Assembly: GCA_951406725.2 (NCBI GenBank) | Contig: OX597819.1 | Location: forward strand, 9,176,001 to 9,240,000 | DNA: 64,000 nt | Source: Octopus vulgaris | Lineage: Eukaryota | Direction of reading: 5' to 3' | Shown here: piece by piece, positions 39,841 through 53,539 of the stretch | How positions within the stretch are numbered: the first letter of the stretch is position 1 | How the letters are laid out: each line of letters starts with the position of its first letter | The notes under the pieces: generated by a model | The model's input: the letters and a program-made list of their open reading frames with translations, nothing else | Told to the model about the DNA's origin: nothing | Database searches by the model: none | Program-made: the position numbers and the translations under genes

Positions 39841-40157
39841 TGCATTTTACCCGTTGTGATAAGGATTCTGCCATCTCGCCGCCTTTTAGATAGATAATGT
39901 AAACAAGTTTACATTATCCTGAATATACATGTTTCCTTCCTTTTCTTTTTTAAAGATAACAGGGTATGATTTGAGGAGGATTTTACTATTACTTACTAAC
40001 AGGTAGAGTGACATCGTGGTAGTTCCTCATTGGTTTGTTTAGCAGGAAGTCAGACCTGCCCAAGCAGGCCTATAGTCAGAGGCGTTTTTACCGAGCCAAT
40101 CCCGTTACTTTTTTCTCTCTGCATCGTCAGTGTATGGTTACATTACTTAGCATGTGT

Positions 40158-40491
40158 GGAGGCGCAATGGCCCAGTGGTTAGGGTAGCGGACTCGCGGTC
40201 GTAGGATCGAGGTTTCGATTCCCAGACCGGGCGTTGTGAGTGTTTATTGAGCGAAAACACCTAAAAGCTCCACTAGGCTCTGGCAGGGGATGGTGGTGAT
40301 CCCTGCTGTACTCTTTCACCACAACTTTCTCTCACTCTTACTTCCTGTTTCTGTTGTACCTGTATTTCAAAGGGCCGGCCTTGTCACTCTCTGTGTCACG
40401 CTGAATATCCCCGAGAACTACGTTAAGGGTACACGTGTCTGTGGAGTGCTCAGCCACTTGCACGTTAATTTCACGAGCAGGCTGTTCCGTT
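40158..40491 (+). mobile_element. SINE family B, 3'-truncated by repeat P1
   Basis: Head at 40158, match stops at gctgttccgttg. Confidence 0.9.
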
Positions 40492-40776
40492 GTGTTTTTA
40501 CCTTCCTTCTTTTTCCGCTCTCCTGTCTTTGAAAACCTGTCCCCTCTCGTCTACGACTTCCGCCTCTCAGTATGTTTACCTCGTGAAGACCACTCGCGTT
40601 TTTTTTTCCTTCTGTCCTCCCACCTCCGGATCTTTCTTTCTCTTATGTTTCCGACGAAGAGCTCCGCTCGAAACGTCATACCCTCCTTCTTCCCTTTTTT
40701 CCTGAGCGCCTAATAATACTTTAATTGTTCCACCTTTTGCGTTGTTGTCTTTTTTGTTTTTCTTGTTTGGATTAAC
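40492..40776 (+). mobile_element. Penelope-like non-coding repeat P1
   Basis: Reverse-complement similarity to 37119-37300, ends at (TA)n. Confidence 0.72.
40647..40681 (+). ncRNA. Minimal type I hammerhead, U4C variant (GUC site)
   Basis: GTTT-CCGACGA-A-GAGC-TCC-GCTC-GAA-ACGT-C-ATAC, with one stem I mismatch. Confidence 0.68.
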
Positions 40777-40953
40777 TATATATATATAGTAACGTTTTTT
40801 TTTGCCACTGTAACATGGCTGTTCTATAAAGAACAATATTGCTACATTTTAATTCCAGGAAAACGTCTTTTCCAGTTGGTTAATGACACACAACACGCAC
40901 CCGATATATTGTGAGTAAAGGAGTGAATCACTCCTCTCCAGCTTAGCAAGATG

Positions 40954-40994
40954 AGTAGACCATGGTTTCTGGGTCTTAACCCTTCATTAGTGCT
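40954..40994 (-). ncRNA. Decayed minimal hammerhead (G5A)
   Basis: AGCA-CTAATGA-A-GGGT-TAAG-ACCC-A-GAA-ACCATGGT-C-TACT. Confidence 0.62.
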
Positions 40995-41288
40995 GGACAC
41001 CTGCCTATATATATATATAAAGTCCTGGTAGAGTATTTTCAGTGTAGCACTCAACTTGAGCTCTGGGCTATCAGCACAGCTGGATTGTAAACTACTCCCG
41101 AAATGCTTCAGGTGTAGAAAACGGTGGTTACACAGCGGTAAAAACGTTGCGTGGGTTTAGCGAAGAGGAAAATATTAATCATATAATCCGAACTAAAGGG
41201 CAAATAAAGACTTTAACACATCTTTAATGATCAGAAATAATTGTAACTGATCGTTAAAGATGTTTATATATATGTTTCTATATTACCT

Positions 41289-41491
41289 ACACAGAGGGGA
41301 CAAACAAGGACAGACAAACGGATTAAGTCGATTACATCGACCCCAGTGCGTAACTGGTACTTAATTTATCGACCCCGAAAGGATGAAAGGCAAAGTCGAC
41401 CTCGGCGGAATTTGAACTCAGGACGTAACGGCAGACGAAATACAGCTACGCATTTCGCCCGGCGTGCTAACGGTTCTGCCAGCTCGCCGCC
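41289..41491 (-). mobile_element. SINE family C
   Basis: Near full-length match. Confidence 0.88.
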
Positions 41492-41521
41492 GTAAAGATG
41501 TTTATATATAGATGTATGTAT

Positions 41522-41574
<53 letters not shown>

Positions 41575-41956
41575 CATTCATACATACATCATGTGTACGT
41601 GTGTGTATGTGTGTATGTGTGTGTGTGTGTGTGTGTGTGCGTGTGTGTGTTTGCGTGTGTGTCCGTGTTTGTCCCCCTCATAACCGCTGCGACTGTTTGT
41701 AGTACACAATCAACAAATAAAATAGTAAGTAAAAATAAGCACAAGAAATTAGGTTTCAAAATTGAACTTAATACATAACTGGATATTTATTTGCCAAAAA
41801 GAGGAAGTGCTGGTGTCTTGCAAAACACAAGGGCTTTTGTGCGAATTTGGGAAGAGAAACGAAACATAGTACTAGTTATTATGTATGATGTATTAATTAG
41901 TATTACGTATGTGTAATGCTGATCTTTTTGATGATTCACAGTTATTATTTAAGAGC

Positions 41957-42008
<52 letters not shown>

Positions 42009-42194
42009 GCGTGCACACACCCACACACCCAAATGTGCATACACAAACATATGGTGGGGTAAGTATGTTTATATAATAATCCACACGCACATGCGTGTAT
42101 GTAAGAGATTATTCTATATTTATACAGTACCTATCCATTAAACATTATTCCATTATGGCCACTACATCTGAATAGATATACATTATTCTCTGAC

Positions 42195-42882
42195 GTTTTA
42201 AAGAAAAACTGTCCCCATGAACAAAGTAAGGTCCTGGAGCAGTTGGTTGAGACCTCTGTAGAAGAGGGAACGAAGGCGACTGAGGAAACGGAGGACTCCT
42301 CAAAGAAGGGCCGCAACAGGAAGGTGAGCAACAATGCGTGCTCACCGAAGGATCCTAGGTATGAGGAAGGGGAGGCGAATCTCCCGGTCACGGAGGAGAC
42401 GCACCCTCCCTCAGTTGACGAGAAGAAAGAGGAAGAGGAAAAGAAATGGGACATTGCCGGCAGTCGGTGACATAGTACCAGAATGTCCCGGAACCTCAGA
42501 GGAGGAGATTGTGCCGCCGGTAGGGGAAGAGACACCGTCGGTGGGAATTGTGCGGCCGACGGTAGAAGCGATTACCTTATTGGTCTTCTTCTACAGAGGC
42601 GGAGAGGTGGAGAAGGTGTTGGAAAAACACCATAAGGGAGTATCTTTAGCCTGCACACGGGATCCCAAATGGCCTCCGCAGATAGCTGTGGAGGTCATAA
42701 CGTTGCCGGTGTTGCGTTGGCTGGAGGGACTCAATGAGGAATATCGCTTGTGGCCGGGCGACGCCGACACAGCACTCGCTTTGTGCTTGAATGAGGCGTG
42801 GATGATGGTGGAGGATGTAGTCACAAGCGATGTTGGGGAGGATAAAGGGATGAAAAGCCTCGGTGTTATTGAAAGTTCCTAG
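42195..42882 (+). pseudogene. Frameshifted GC-richer coding-like fragment, possibly a LINE ORF1 C-terminus
   Basis: Starts LKKNCP (Zn-knuckle-end-like), then a Glu-rich linker (ORF 42243) continuing into the ORF 42334 frame. Confidence 0.4.
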
Positions 42883-42952
42883 TTGGGAAAACAAGGTAAG
42901 AGGCTTAGTGCCTCATTTTGTTATTTAATTGTGAACAGTGTAAGGGGTTTGT

Positions 42953-43574
42953 TGCGATTTCTCAACTCTCAGTCAAATATGCTGCTACTTATACGAGTTC
43001 GGCGAGTCCATTCTCACAGCAGGCTGCCATGATTCTCGCCAGAACATCTGCCTTTTTGAGATTTGACTTCTGTAGGAAGTGCAATTTGTTTATTTAATCT
43101 TATTCAATTTTCCCTTTTTCATCATCACCTCTCCCTTTTTTGAGATTTTAATTTCCTCAGAAGTTTTCATACTTCGTCCACTTAGGGATTATTTCTTGTT
43201 CTGTTTTTTTTTTCTTTACGTTTTCTATTGCTGATCCTCTTAGGTTCGACCTCTGTTGGCGTTGGGACATCGAACAAGTATGTTTAGTCTTCAACTGGTT
43301 CAAATGTCATTTGTGCTCTCCTATTTGGCCATTTATTATGTACATCACCGCCGATTCTTTTTTCTCACTCTACCGTCCTCCCAACCTTTTCTTCCATTCT
43401 TATATATTTTGAAATGAACTTTATCTTCCACATCAAAATACTTTGTTGTGTTTCTTAGGTTTTCCCTATAAGGTTTTTTTTGTAGGTAACAATTTATCAA
43501 AACTTGATTTTATCTTCAATGCCTTGTGAGTGGATTTGGTAGACGGAAACTGAAAGAAGCTTGTCGTATATATG

Positions 43575-43607
<33 letters not shown>

Positions 43608-44678
43608 TTGTGTTTGTCCCCCTAGCGTTGCTTGACAACCGATGCTGGTGTGTTTACGTCCCCGTCACTTAGCGGTTCGGCAAAAGAGACCGATAGAATA
43701 AGTACTGGGCTTACAAAGAATAAGTCCCGGGGTCGATTTGCTCGACTAAAGGCGGTGCTCCAGCATGGCCGCAGTCAAATGACTGAAACAAGTAAAAGAG
43801 TAAAGAGTAAAAGAGTGTTCAGTACCGAACAAGTTTGTTGCATTCTTTAACGCAAACGCTTTTGCTTTACAGGTTTTATCACGGAATGTAATGTTGCTTA
43901 CCATTTCGCCTAAGAAGTGTAATCTTCCCCCTGTGATGCCTCGCGCACTTTTCGATGTTTTCTTTTATGTAGGTTTCCCAAATCGTCTTTCACGTGTCGG
44001 TATCAATAATTGTAACGTCGCTACCTGTGTCTAGTTTTAGTCTCATGTTCACAATGTTTATTTATACATACACATACTTTTCTTTTTGTGTGTCGTCACA
44101 ACTTTCCGTTAAGCAAACGTTTTTAGAAGAATGTTTTTTCCACTTTTTTTTGCTTCGCTTATGTAGTGCGAGCTTTTATGTCCTATTTTTTGACGACTAA
44201 AACATTTCCGAGTTTTAAAGGGACACACCTTCTTAAAATGCAGACCATCCTACACCCATAGCATGGATTTGGTCGTAACATTCTTTTTTCTTTATTTATT
44301 CCCGGTCGACATGTCTGTACTTCAGAGAAATTTCTTCAACGTAAGCTTCGAATCACTCGTTACCATTTTTGTACCGTCACTTCTGTATATGTCACCTTAG
44401 TGTCGTGCACTAATAACAGTGTGGCATATAGTACCACAGAACGGGGTAGACACCAGCTGTTTCCGCTTGATGTATACCCAAATACTCTGCCAACAACTGT
44501 AACCAATCCAAAACAACTCTCAACGAACTATAACAACTTCTCAACAATTTCCTGCGATTCCACGAACTCACGAACGACACCTTTCGACTTCCTGCGATTT
44601 CTCAACTCTCGGTCTCAGTCAAACACGGTGCTACTTAGTCCATTCTCACAGCAGGCTGTCATGATTCTCGCCATAACA
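42953..44678 (-). mobile_element. Ty3/Gypsy LTR retrotransposon remnant: gag knuckles, protease, integrase C-terminus, two LTR pieces
   Basis: Direct repeats 42953-43046 and 44593-44678 start TGTT on minus, with a PPT-like AAAAAGGCAGA. Manual translation: PCYGC..HFKKVCPFK..KIGHK, LKLDTGSDVTIID..NLFG, RIG..YII..HLNQLK. Confidence 0.85.
43518..43815 (+). mobile_element. SINE family A, headless
   Basis: Match starts mid-element at caatgccttgtgagtgg. Confidence 0.88.
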
Positions 44679-46105
44679 GTACCAGAGCTGCGACAGAAAA
44701 GTGAATATCTTGGTGTTTTAGCTGAAGAATCGCGTAACAAAACATTGCCAACATACAATCTTAAAAAAAGGAAAAGAATATTGGTAATACAATCCTAGAA
44801 ACACTTTGAAAAAATAATGGGTAGTGGAAATGATCAAGTGAATCTGGTAGCAGTCCTCAGAAAACCTCTTTCACAAACCTCTTTTATTTTTTACACCTCA
44901 GTCACTTTTATATACAGGTTATTACATAAATAACTTACATCTATATCTCAATGAAATATAGTTAGAAGCAATATTTTCACTTTTAAATTTATGCTTCATC
45001 TCCAATTATCAGTATTCTTATTGCATGGTTGATATCACACAATTAGAAACATTTTCTCCATTGGTTAATTAGTACAACATAGAACAATGTTCATTTACAT
45101 GGGAGCATAAGTAGCTTTTGTGGTTATCATCTTGGGAATTTGACTTCTTACTCTCTTTCTTTGATCTGTGCTTTCATTTCTAGAAAAAATTGTTATGCTA
45201 TTTTTATAGACTGTTCTAATTGCTACTTCACTATCTTTTTAATGACCTAAATTATTTACACTAATGGAAAGAACGGACAGACTTCATAGGATCATCGGAA
45301 ATTTAACAGTTCATACGTCATCGGCGCTGAATTATATCCATGATCAAAAGACGTAACTAAACAGCACACTACACCCTAGCTGTAATCAAAAGACGTAACT
45401 AAACAGCACACTACACCCTAGCTGTAACTAGGTTCAACAGGTTAAAATTGTCCACAGCACTACAAATACGATAAATGATCTTTTAGTTTCCAGGACTGAG
45501 TATAATTGATTTCGTGGGTTTGAGCATAAGGAATGTTGGGTCTTATTGGTTTCATCTTGTCATTTGGACAATTTATCCTTTGAATTGATTATATGACAAC
45601 AGACGAATTGTATGATAAAGAACATTAAAGAAAAAACATTCAAAAACAAATTTCCTTTCATATATAGCTTAGCCATAGTAGGAAGAGCAGTACCCATAAT
45701 TTTTTGCGGGAACATGCAAAATTATTAGAGGTATACGGGAAAGTTACTTTCAAAGCACTATACCAGGACACTATACTTGAAACAGAGAGAACTCCGCTGA
45801 AAACATCCAAGATTCAGAAATGATATTAAACCAAGGATGCCGCCACCCGCATTCAATTTTGAAACTGTTCACTGACGTCTCTAAAAATGGACAAGGTCAA
45901 AATAATAGTTTAAACGTTCGGAGTAAAACGTTAATTTAATGAAAGTTACATATCCAAGAATTTGTAAAATTAAAGGTTCATTCTTTTCTTTATTATAATA
46001 TGCAACTCCAGAGCCTTTTCATGTACTTGTAAGTCTCCACTGGTAAGAAAATGGTTGCGATCACCGGATTAAATGCTGAGTGACTTTTAATCTGTTGAAA
46101 GTATA

Positions 46106-46500
46106 TCTTTATATATAAAAGTGAGGTAGTGTGCTGTCTGTCTCCTACGATTTAGATTCCTAACTACTCCCACATTTTGCGGTGCAGTTTAACTAAAACC
46201 GGGTATCTTATAGTCGGGATTCATATCGAGCCCTTCTGGGTATTAGCGCGCGTCTACGATGAGTCTACGATTGAAAAAAAAATTACCATCAATTTTTCCC
46301 ATTTTTAATGCATTTTTGGCATATATAAGGGAAGTAACTCTCTAAAATTTTATTATTAAATCTCAGAACGTAAAAAGCTACAGTACCCCCCCCCCCTTTG
46401 TGGTTAGCCATTTTGAGATGGCTATTATACTTTACATCTCTAAAAATGCTTATATAGTTATTTCCCTTACAAACCCGAGCAACCCGGGCGATACTGCTAG
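46106..46500 (+). mobile_element. Non-autonomous Helitron H1
   Basis: A|TCTTTATATATAAAA ... CCCGAGCAACCCGGG..CTAG|T. Confidence 0.87.
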
Positions 46501-46813
46501 TTTGTACTAAACGTACAAAAGATACCCGTACAATGCAAGAGTTACCAGATTAACGAATGTTGGTAACAGAATTCAAAGATCATAAAATGAAAAACAACTG
46601 TGTTAAAACAGAAACTCGAACGGATATTTGACTAATCATAAAAGATATATGTCTCTGCAACAGGAGTAAAATACATCAAAATATGATGAGTAGAAGTATG
46701 AACGCATGCGTATGCAAACACATATTTAAACACAGAAACACACACACATACACACACACACACACATGCACACACACACAATATGCATACACACTCATCA
46801 CCAACCTAGAAAT

Positions 46814-47196
46814 GGAAGCACTCCGTCGGTTACGACGACGAGGGTTCCGGTTGATCCGAATCAACGGAACAGCCTGCTCGTGAAATTAACGTGTAAGTGG
46901 CTGAGCACTCCACAGACACGTGTACCCTTAACGTAGTTCTCGGGGATATTCAGCGTGACACAGAGAGTGACAAGGCCGGTCCCTTTGAAATACAGGTACA
47001 ACAGAAACAGGAAGTAAGAGTGAGAGAAAGTTGTGGTGAAAGAGTACAGCAGGGATCACCACCATCCCCTGCCGGAGCCTCGTTGAACTTTAGGTGTTTT
47101 CGCTCAATAAACACTCACAACGCCCGGTCTGGGAATCGAAGCCGCGATCCTATGACCGCGAGTCCGCTGCCCTAACCACTGGGCCATTGCGCCTCC
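46814..47196 (-). mobile_element. SINE family B with 38-bp TSD
   Basis: 46776-46813 is identical to 47197-47234. Confidence 0.92.
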
Positions 47197-47358
47197 ACAC
47201 AATATGCATACACACTCATCACCAACCTAGAAATATAACAAATGCACATGTGAATGTGTATTTATGACAAGGAATTTATAGTTGTAAATTCAAGTGTGTT
47301 TCTTGAAGAAATCATTTCAAAAGCGAGCGTTAGTTTTCTTTTCCAACTGTAAACATCA

Positions 47359-47545
47359 CGAGAGAGAGAGAGAGAGAGAGAGAAGAGAGAAGGAGGAGGA
47401 GAGAGAGCAGAAGGTGGGAGAGGGGGAGAGAGAAAAAGGGGAGAGAGGTGGGTGGAAGAGAAAATGAGACTGACAAAAAAAAACCGAAAGAGAGGTTGAG
47501 AGGAAAGAAGTTAAGAGTATGAGAGAGAGAGAGCGAGAGAGAGAA

Positions 47546-47632
<87 letters not shown>

Positions 47633-47640
47633 AAGAGAGA
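47359..47640. repeat. (GA)n / polypurine tract
   Basis: Directly visible. Confidence 0.92.
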
Positions 47641-48110
47641 CTACTTTACCATGTCTAGCTCATTGATTCTGTAGGATGTTGCCAGAACACTTCAACATCT
47701 AATCTCAGACGTGAAAACTTCAGTTATATAATAATTTGTTGAAAATGGTTTCCTGTTGACGCAATTTCTATTAAATTTTTGATTTTGTTCTAAGTATATT
47801 AAAAATACTCTACTACGGTTTTCATCGCTCTTGTTCACATACATACATACATACATACATACATACATACATACATACATAGATGCATACTACATACATA
47901 CATACAGACAGACGTACATACATACATACATACATACATACATACATACAAACATACATAAATACAAACATACATACATACATACATACATACATACATA
48001 CATTCATTCATACATACATACATACATACATACATACATACATACATACATACATACATACATACATTCACTCATACATACATACATACATACATACATT
48101 CATTCATACA

Positions 48111-49463
<1,353 letters not shown>

Positions 49464-50829
49464 TCATTACATAGTTTAGAGTTTACATTTTCTGGGAAAC
49501 AGCGGATTAATTCAATTACTCTTATTTTGGTATCTGAAACTTTTCAATTTGGTAAAACTTACTAGGATGGCTTCGTCCAAGGATAATAACAAAATGAACA
49601 AAATACCACCACACACATTAGGAGTAATTTCATACCGCTCAATATTATACCAGTATCAAGATCAATAATTGTGGGGAATTCTCGTCTGATGTCCATGGGT
49701 TTTTTTTTTAATGATTTAGAAATTAATGGTGAAAGTCCACAATATCGAATTGAGTGAATGTGCTCGAGAGTATGTTTTACAGACATAAAACTATTGTTCA
49801 AGTTACTCGCCAATGGATTTTTTTTCTTATTGAGAAACCTAAGAGACATTATATATCTCGCAAAACCGGCAACAACCAATGAAAATGCGTCCAAACACCA
49901 ATTAAATGATTTGTAGTGTTTGTAATTTCATTGCTTTGCGTTGCCAGCCGAATCAAGGCCAGAACTGAGTTCGAACAGGTAACTCGAAACACTTCATATA
50001 TGCCTTCTTTAATTTGAATTGTAAATTTTTAATAAATTTTAATTGATACTCTATTTGGGTTTAATGGTAATCCTAATTTTGAGGTTTATTGCATAGAGAA
50101 TTCGATTTCTAACTATTCCCAATTCCCTCGTGCATTTAAGCCAGAGAGAAATTTAGTATGTGGCTCTTAAACGTAATAGACGTTTTGTACATAGCATCGT
50201 GGTCCACAGTTTTAACTGAGAAACTTTCTATATTTATGATATTATTGATGGTAGAATATTATCTTTTTTTAATGTTCTGGTGATATTGTTCCTCTAGAGT
50301 TTAAAGTATGTTGTATTTTTTCTTCTGAAAATATCTGTGGATGTTAGTATATTGTTTGAGGCTTCATGTAATTATTCATGATGATTTAGAGGAAATTGTT
50401 GTTGTTTTGATATATTATGGTGAATTCGCATTCGAAGTTTTCAAGTATAGTGCTACTTTTGAGTTTTAGATCTGTACATGTTTTCAGAGGTCCCAGAACA
50501 ACATTTTAAAATTCTCGGAAGAGAAGAGAAACCTGAATTAATTTACTTTTTAATTTGGATGTCACCACAGTATAATCAGGAAATTCTAGTAAGAAATTTC
50601 CCAATAGCATTCATATGCAATATGTTTTTCAATATCTTAATGTAGATTCCTGCATGAATAACATCGCTTCTATAAATCATCTTTGATGAAGATATCACAA
50701 ACTTCGATGGCTCCATTTATTAAAACAGCCATTAAAGTCACTTAACTGAAGATCAGAAATATCTAATTGCCTTCAACAATGAAAATTCTTCGAACAACTC
50801 ATACAAGTCCTTCTGATTCAAAACTGTAC

Positions 50830-52275
50830 CCAACGGACACACACTAGGTAGACTTAGAAAAGACTTAATTAGCGCTCTAGGCTCAATGGGACTCAAGATC
50901 ACCGTTGAGACTAATCTCACCACAGCAGATTTCCTAGATGTTACTTCAGATCTGGGTTCTGGTACATACAGGTCCTATCACAAGCCAATCGAGTGGCTGT
51001 CCTATATTAACACAGCCTTCTGCCACCCCACTATAGTGTCAAAGAACCTAGTGAAAGGTGTAAGCAAGATCTCGAATCTATCCTCTAACCAAGATATTTT
51101 CGATGCCGCTGCCCCCTACTACAACGAGGCACTGGTTTCGAGTGGGTTTATGGATCGCATCTCCTACACACCAGGCCCTAGGACCCGGAAAAAGAAGCGC
51201 TGCAGAAACGTCGTTTGGTTTTCCCCACCCTTCTCACTCAACGTTAAGACTTGTGTGGGAAGGATTTTCCTAAGATAAGCACTTCACACAGACACATAGA
51301 TACAGGCATTTATTTAAAAGCACAACCAAAGAGTCTCCTTTAGTCGTGCATCTAACATAAAAAATATTTTAACAAACATCCACAATAAAAGGGCGGAGGC
51401 AGGTCACTCTTGCAGGGTATACAATAGCTGTCCAGGAGGAGACCGATGCGAGGACGAAGAGGATATCTATGAAGCTACACTGACACCTAGAACTGCCACC
51501 CGCATTACCAGTAATGTACCATCCAACAACAATGATGACACCGGAGGTGATGACAGTAGCAGATTAACTAGCTCTAACGCCATCGACCCCGGTACAGTCG
51601 CCACACCCAGAGATGATGAACAGTCCGGGACCAGCAACACAGAGGAGGTAACCGACGACCCCAGTACTACCACCACAGACGGTGACCAAACCATTATCAT
51701 CGACACCAGCAGTGACCGGCCCTAAACTATATATTACCATCAGCGGCAAGCTGGCAGAAACGTTAGCGCGCCGGACGAAATGCTTAGCGGTATTTCGTCT
51801 GTCGTTACGTTCTGAGTTCAAATTCCGCCGGGGTCGACTTTGCCTTTCATCCTCTCGGGGTAGATAAATAAAGTACCAGTTTCGCACTGGGTCGATATAA
51901 TCGACTTAATCCCTTTGTCTGTCCTTGTTTGTGCCCTCTATGTTTAGCCCCTTGTAGGCAATAAAGAAATATATATGTTACCATCAGCCACTCTACCGCC
52001 GGCAGCATCAACGCTAAACATAAGACCAGAGACGAAAACCACGGCGATAACAAGTGCGGAGACGGCAGACGTGACCAACACCGCCGAATCTTTGCGCCAT
52101 AACGACATCAACGCTGGTGATACCAACAACATCCTCAAGTCTGGAGCCTACCAGAGATACACCAGGAGTGTGAATACAGCCACCTCTCAAGCTTCTGAAT
52201 ATATATCGGATCAGCCAGGACATCTTTCAAACGACGCTTCCGCAACCACCAGTTGTCCTTCAGAGTCCCAGAAAG
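50830..52275 (+). mobile_element. Penelope-like element ORF fragment: RT C-terminus, Cys linker, T/S/D-rich extension
   Basis: GLKITVE..FLDVT.DL..Y..YHKP..YIN..HP..YNEAL..VWFSPPFS.NVKT.VG..FL, then SCRVYNSCPGGDRC....IYEATL. Confidence 0.85.
51743..51970 (+). mobile_element. SINE family C with 17-bp TSD
   Basis: tatatattaccatcagc / tatatgttaccatcagc. Confidence 0.9.
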
Positions 52276-52277
52276 AT

Positions 52278-52369
<92 letters not shown>

Positions 52370-52877
52370 AAATACACACACACACACACACACATAAGAC
52401 AATTACAATGAATACGAAGATTAATACATCTGCATTTATACAGCATATTCGGTCTAAATTTTCCGACGTATGTTTCTACTGCATAGAAAGCTAGTAATTG
52501 TATTTGTACCCAGCTATTTTCGACTGGTTAGCAACTTTTTTTTAGGGTTCGTCCACAGATATGGCCCGGAGCGAACTACGTATGTGTAGGCTTGGCTAAT
52601 GTTATTTTGTGACATTATCATAGTTTTTGAGAGAAAAGCATGTGAGTGGTGATTTGGAAACTTGGTGTGGCTATAAAATCTACAATATAGTTCGCTTCAT
52701 CCCGTCTTTAGTTAGATTAAATTCGAAATAGAATATTTGACCTTTAGATAGGTCAAAGTGTATTTTTTCAAACCCGAGCCTTAGATGGACTGTGAATTGG
52801 TGACCTTCCGATATTGCTTACAACTACTGGCTATGAGGTATGAAGAACCTATTTATGAGGCCAATTCAAAATTTTCT

Positions 52878-52923
<46 letters not shown>

Positions 52924-52926
<3 letters not shown>

Positions 52927-53334
52927 CACAGGAGTGGCTGTGTGGTAAGTAGCTTGTTTACCAACCACATGGTTCCGGGTTCAGTCCCACTGCGTTTCAC
53001 CTTCGGTAAGTGTCTTCTACTATAGCCTCGGGCCGACCAAAGCCTTGTGAGTGGATTTGGTAGACGGAAACTGAAAGAAGCCCGTCGTATATATGTGTAT
53101 ATATATATGTGTGTGTTTGTGTTTGTGTGTCTGTGTTTGTCCCCCTAGCATTGCATGACAACCGATGCTGGTGTGTTTATGTCCCCGTTACTTAGCGGTT
53201 CGGCAAAAGAGACCGATAGAATAAGTACTGGGCTTACAAAAGAATAAGTCCCGGAGTCGAGTTGCTCGATTAAAGGCGGTGCTCCAGCATGGCCGCAGTC
53301 AAATGACTGAAACAAGTAAAAAGAGTAAAAAAGA

Positions 53335-53335
<1 letters not shown>
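52924..53335 (+). mobile_element. SINE family A
   Basis: Full-length match. Confidence 0.9.
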
Positions 53336-53388
<53 letters not shown>

Positions 53389-53539
53389 TCACATACATAC
53401 ATACATACATACATACATACATACATACATACATACATACATACATACATACATACAAACATACATAATACATACATACATACATACATACATACAAACA
53501 TACATACAAACATACATACATACATACATACAACACTCT

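Noticed and set aside
40158-40232. tRNA-like sequences at SINE heads
   Set aside because: A and B boxes are present, but each runs into a SINE body, so they are not called as tRNA genes.
45343-45427. Short direct repeats as a possible CRISPR array
   Set aside because: Only two adjacent copies, no spacers, eukaryotic context and no cas genes.
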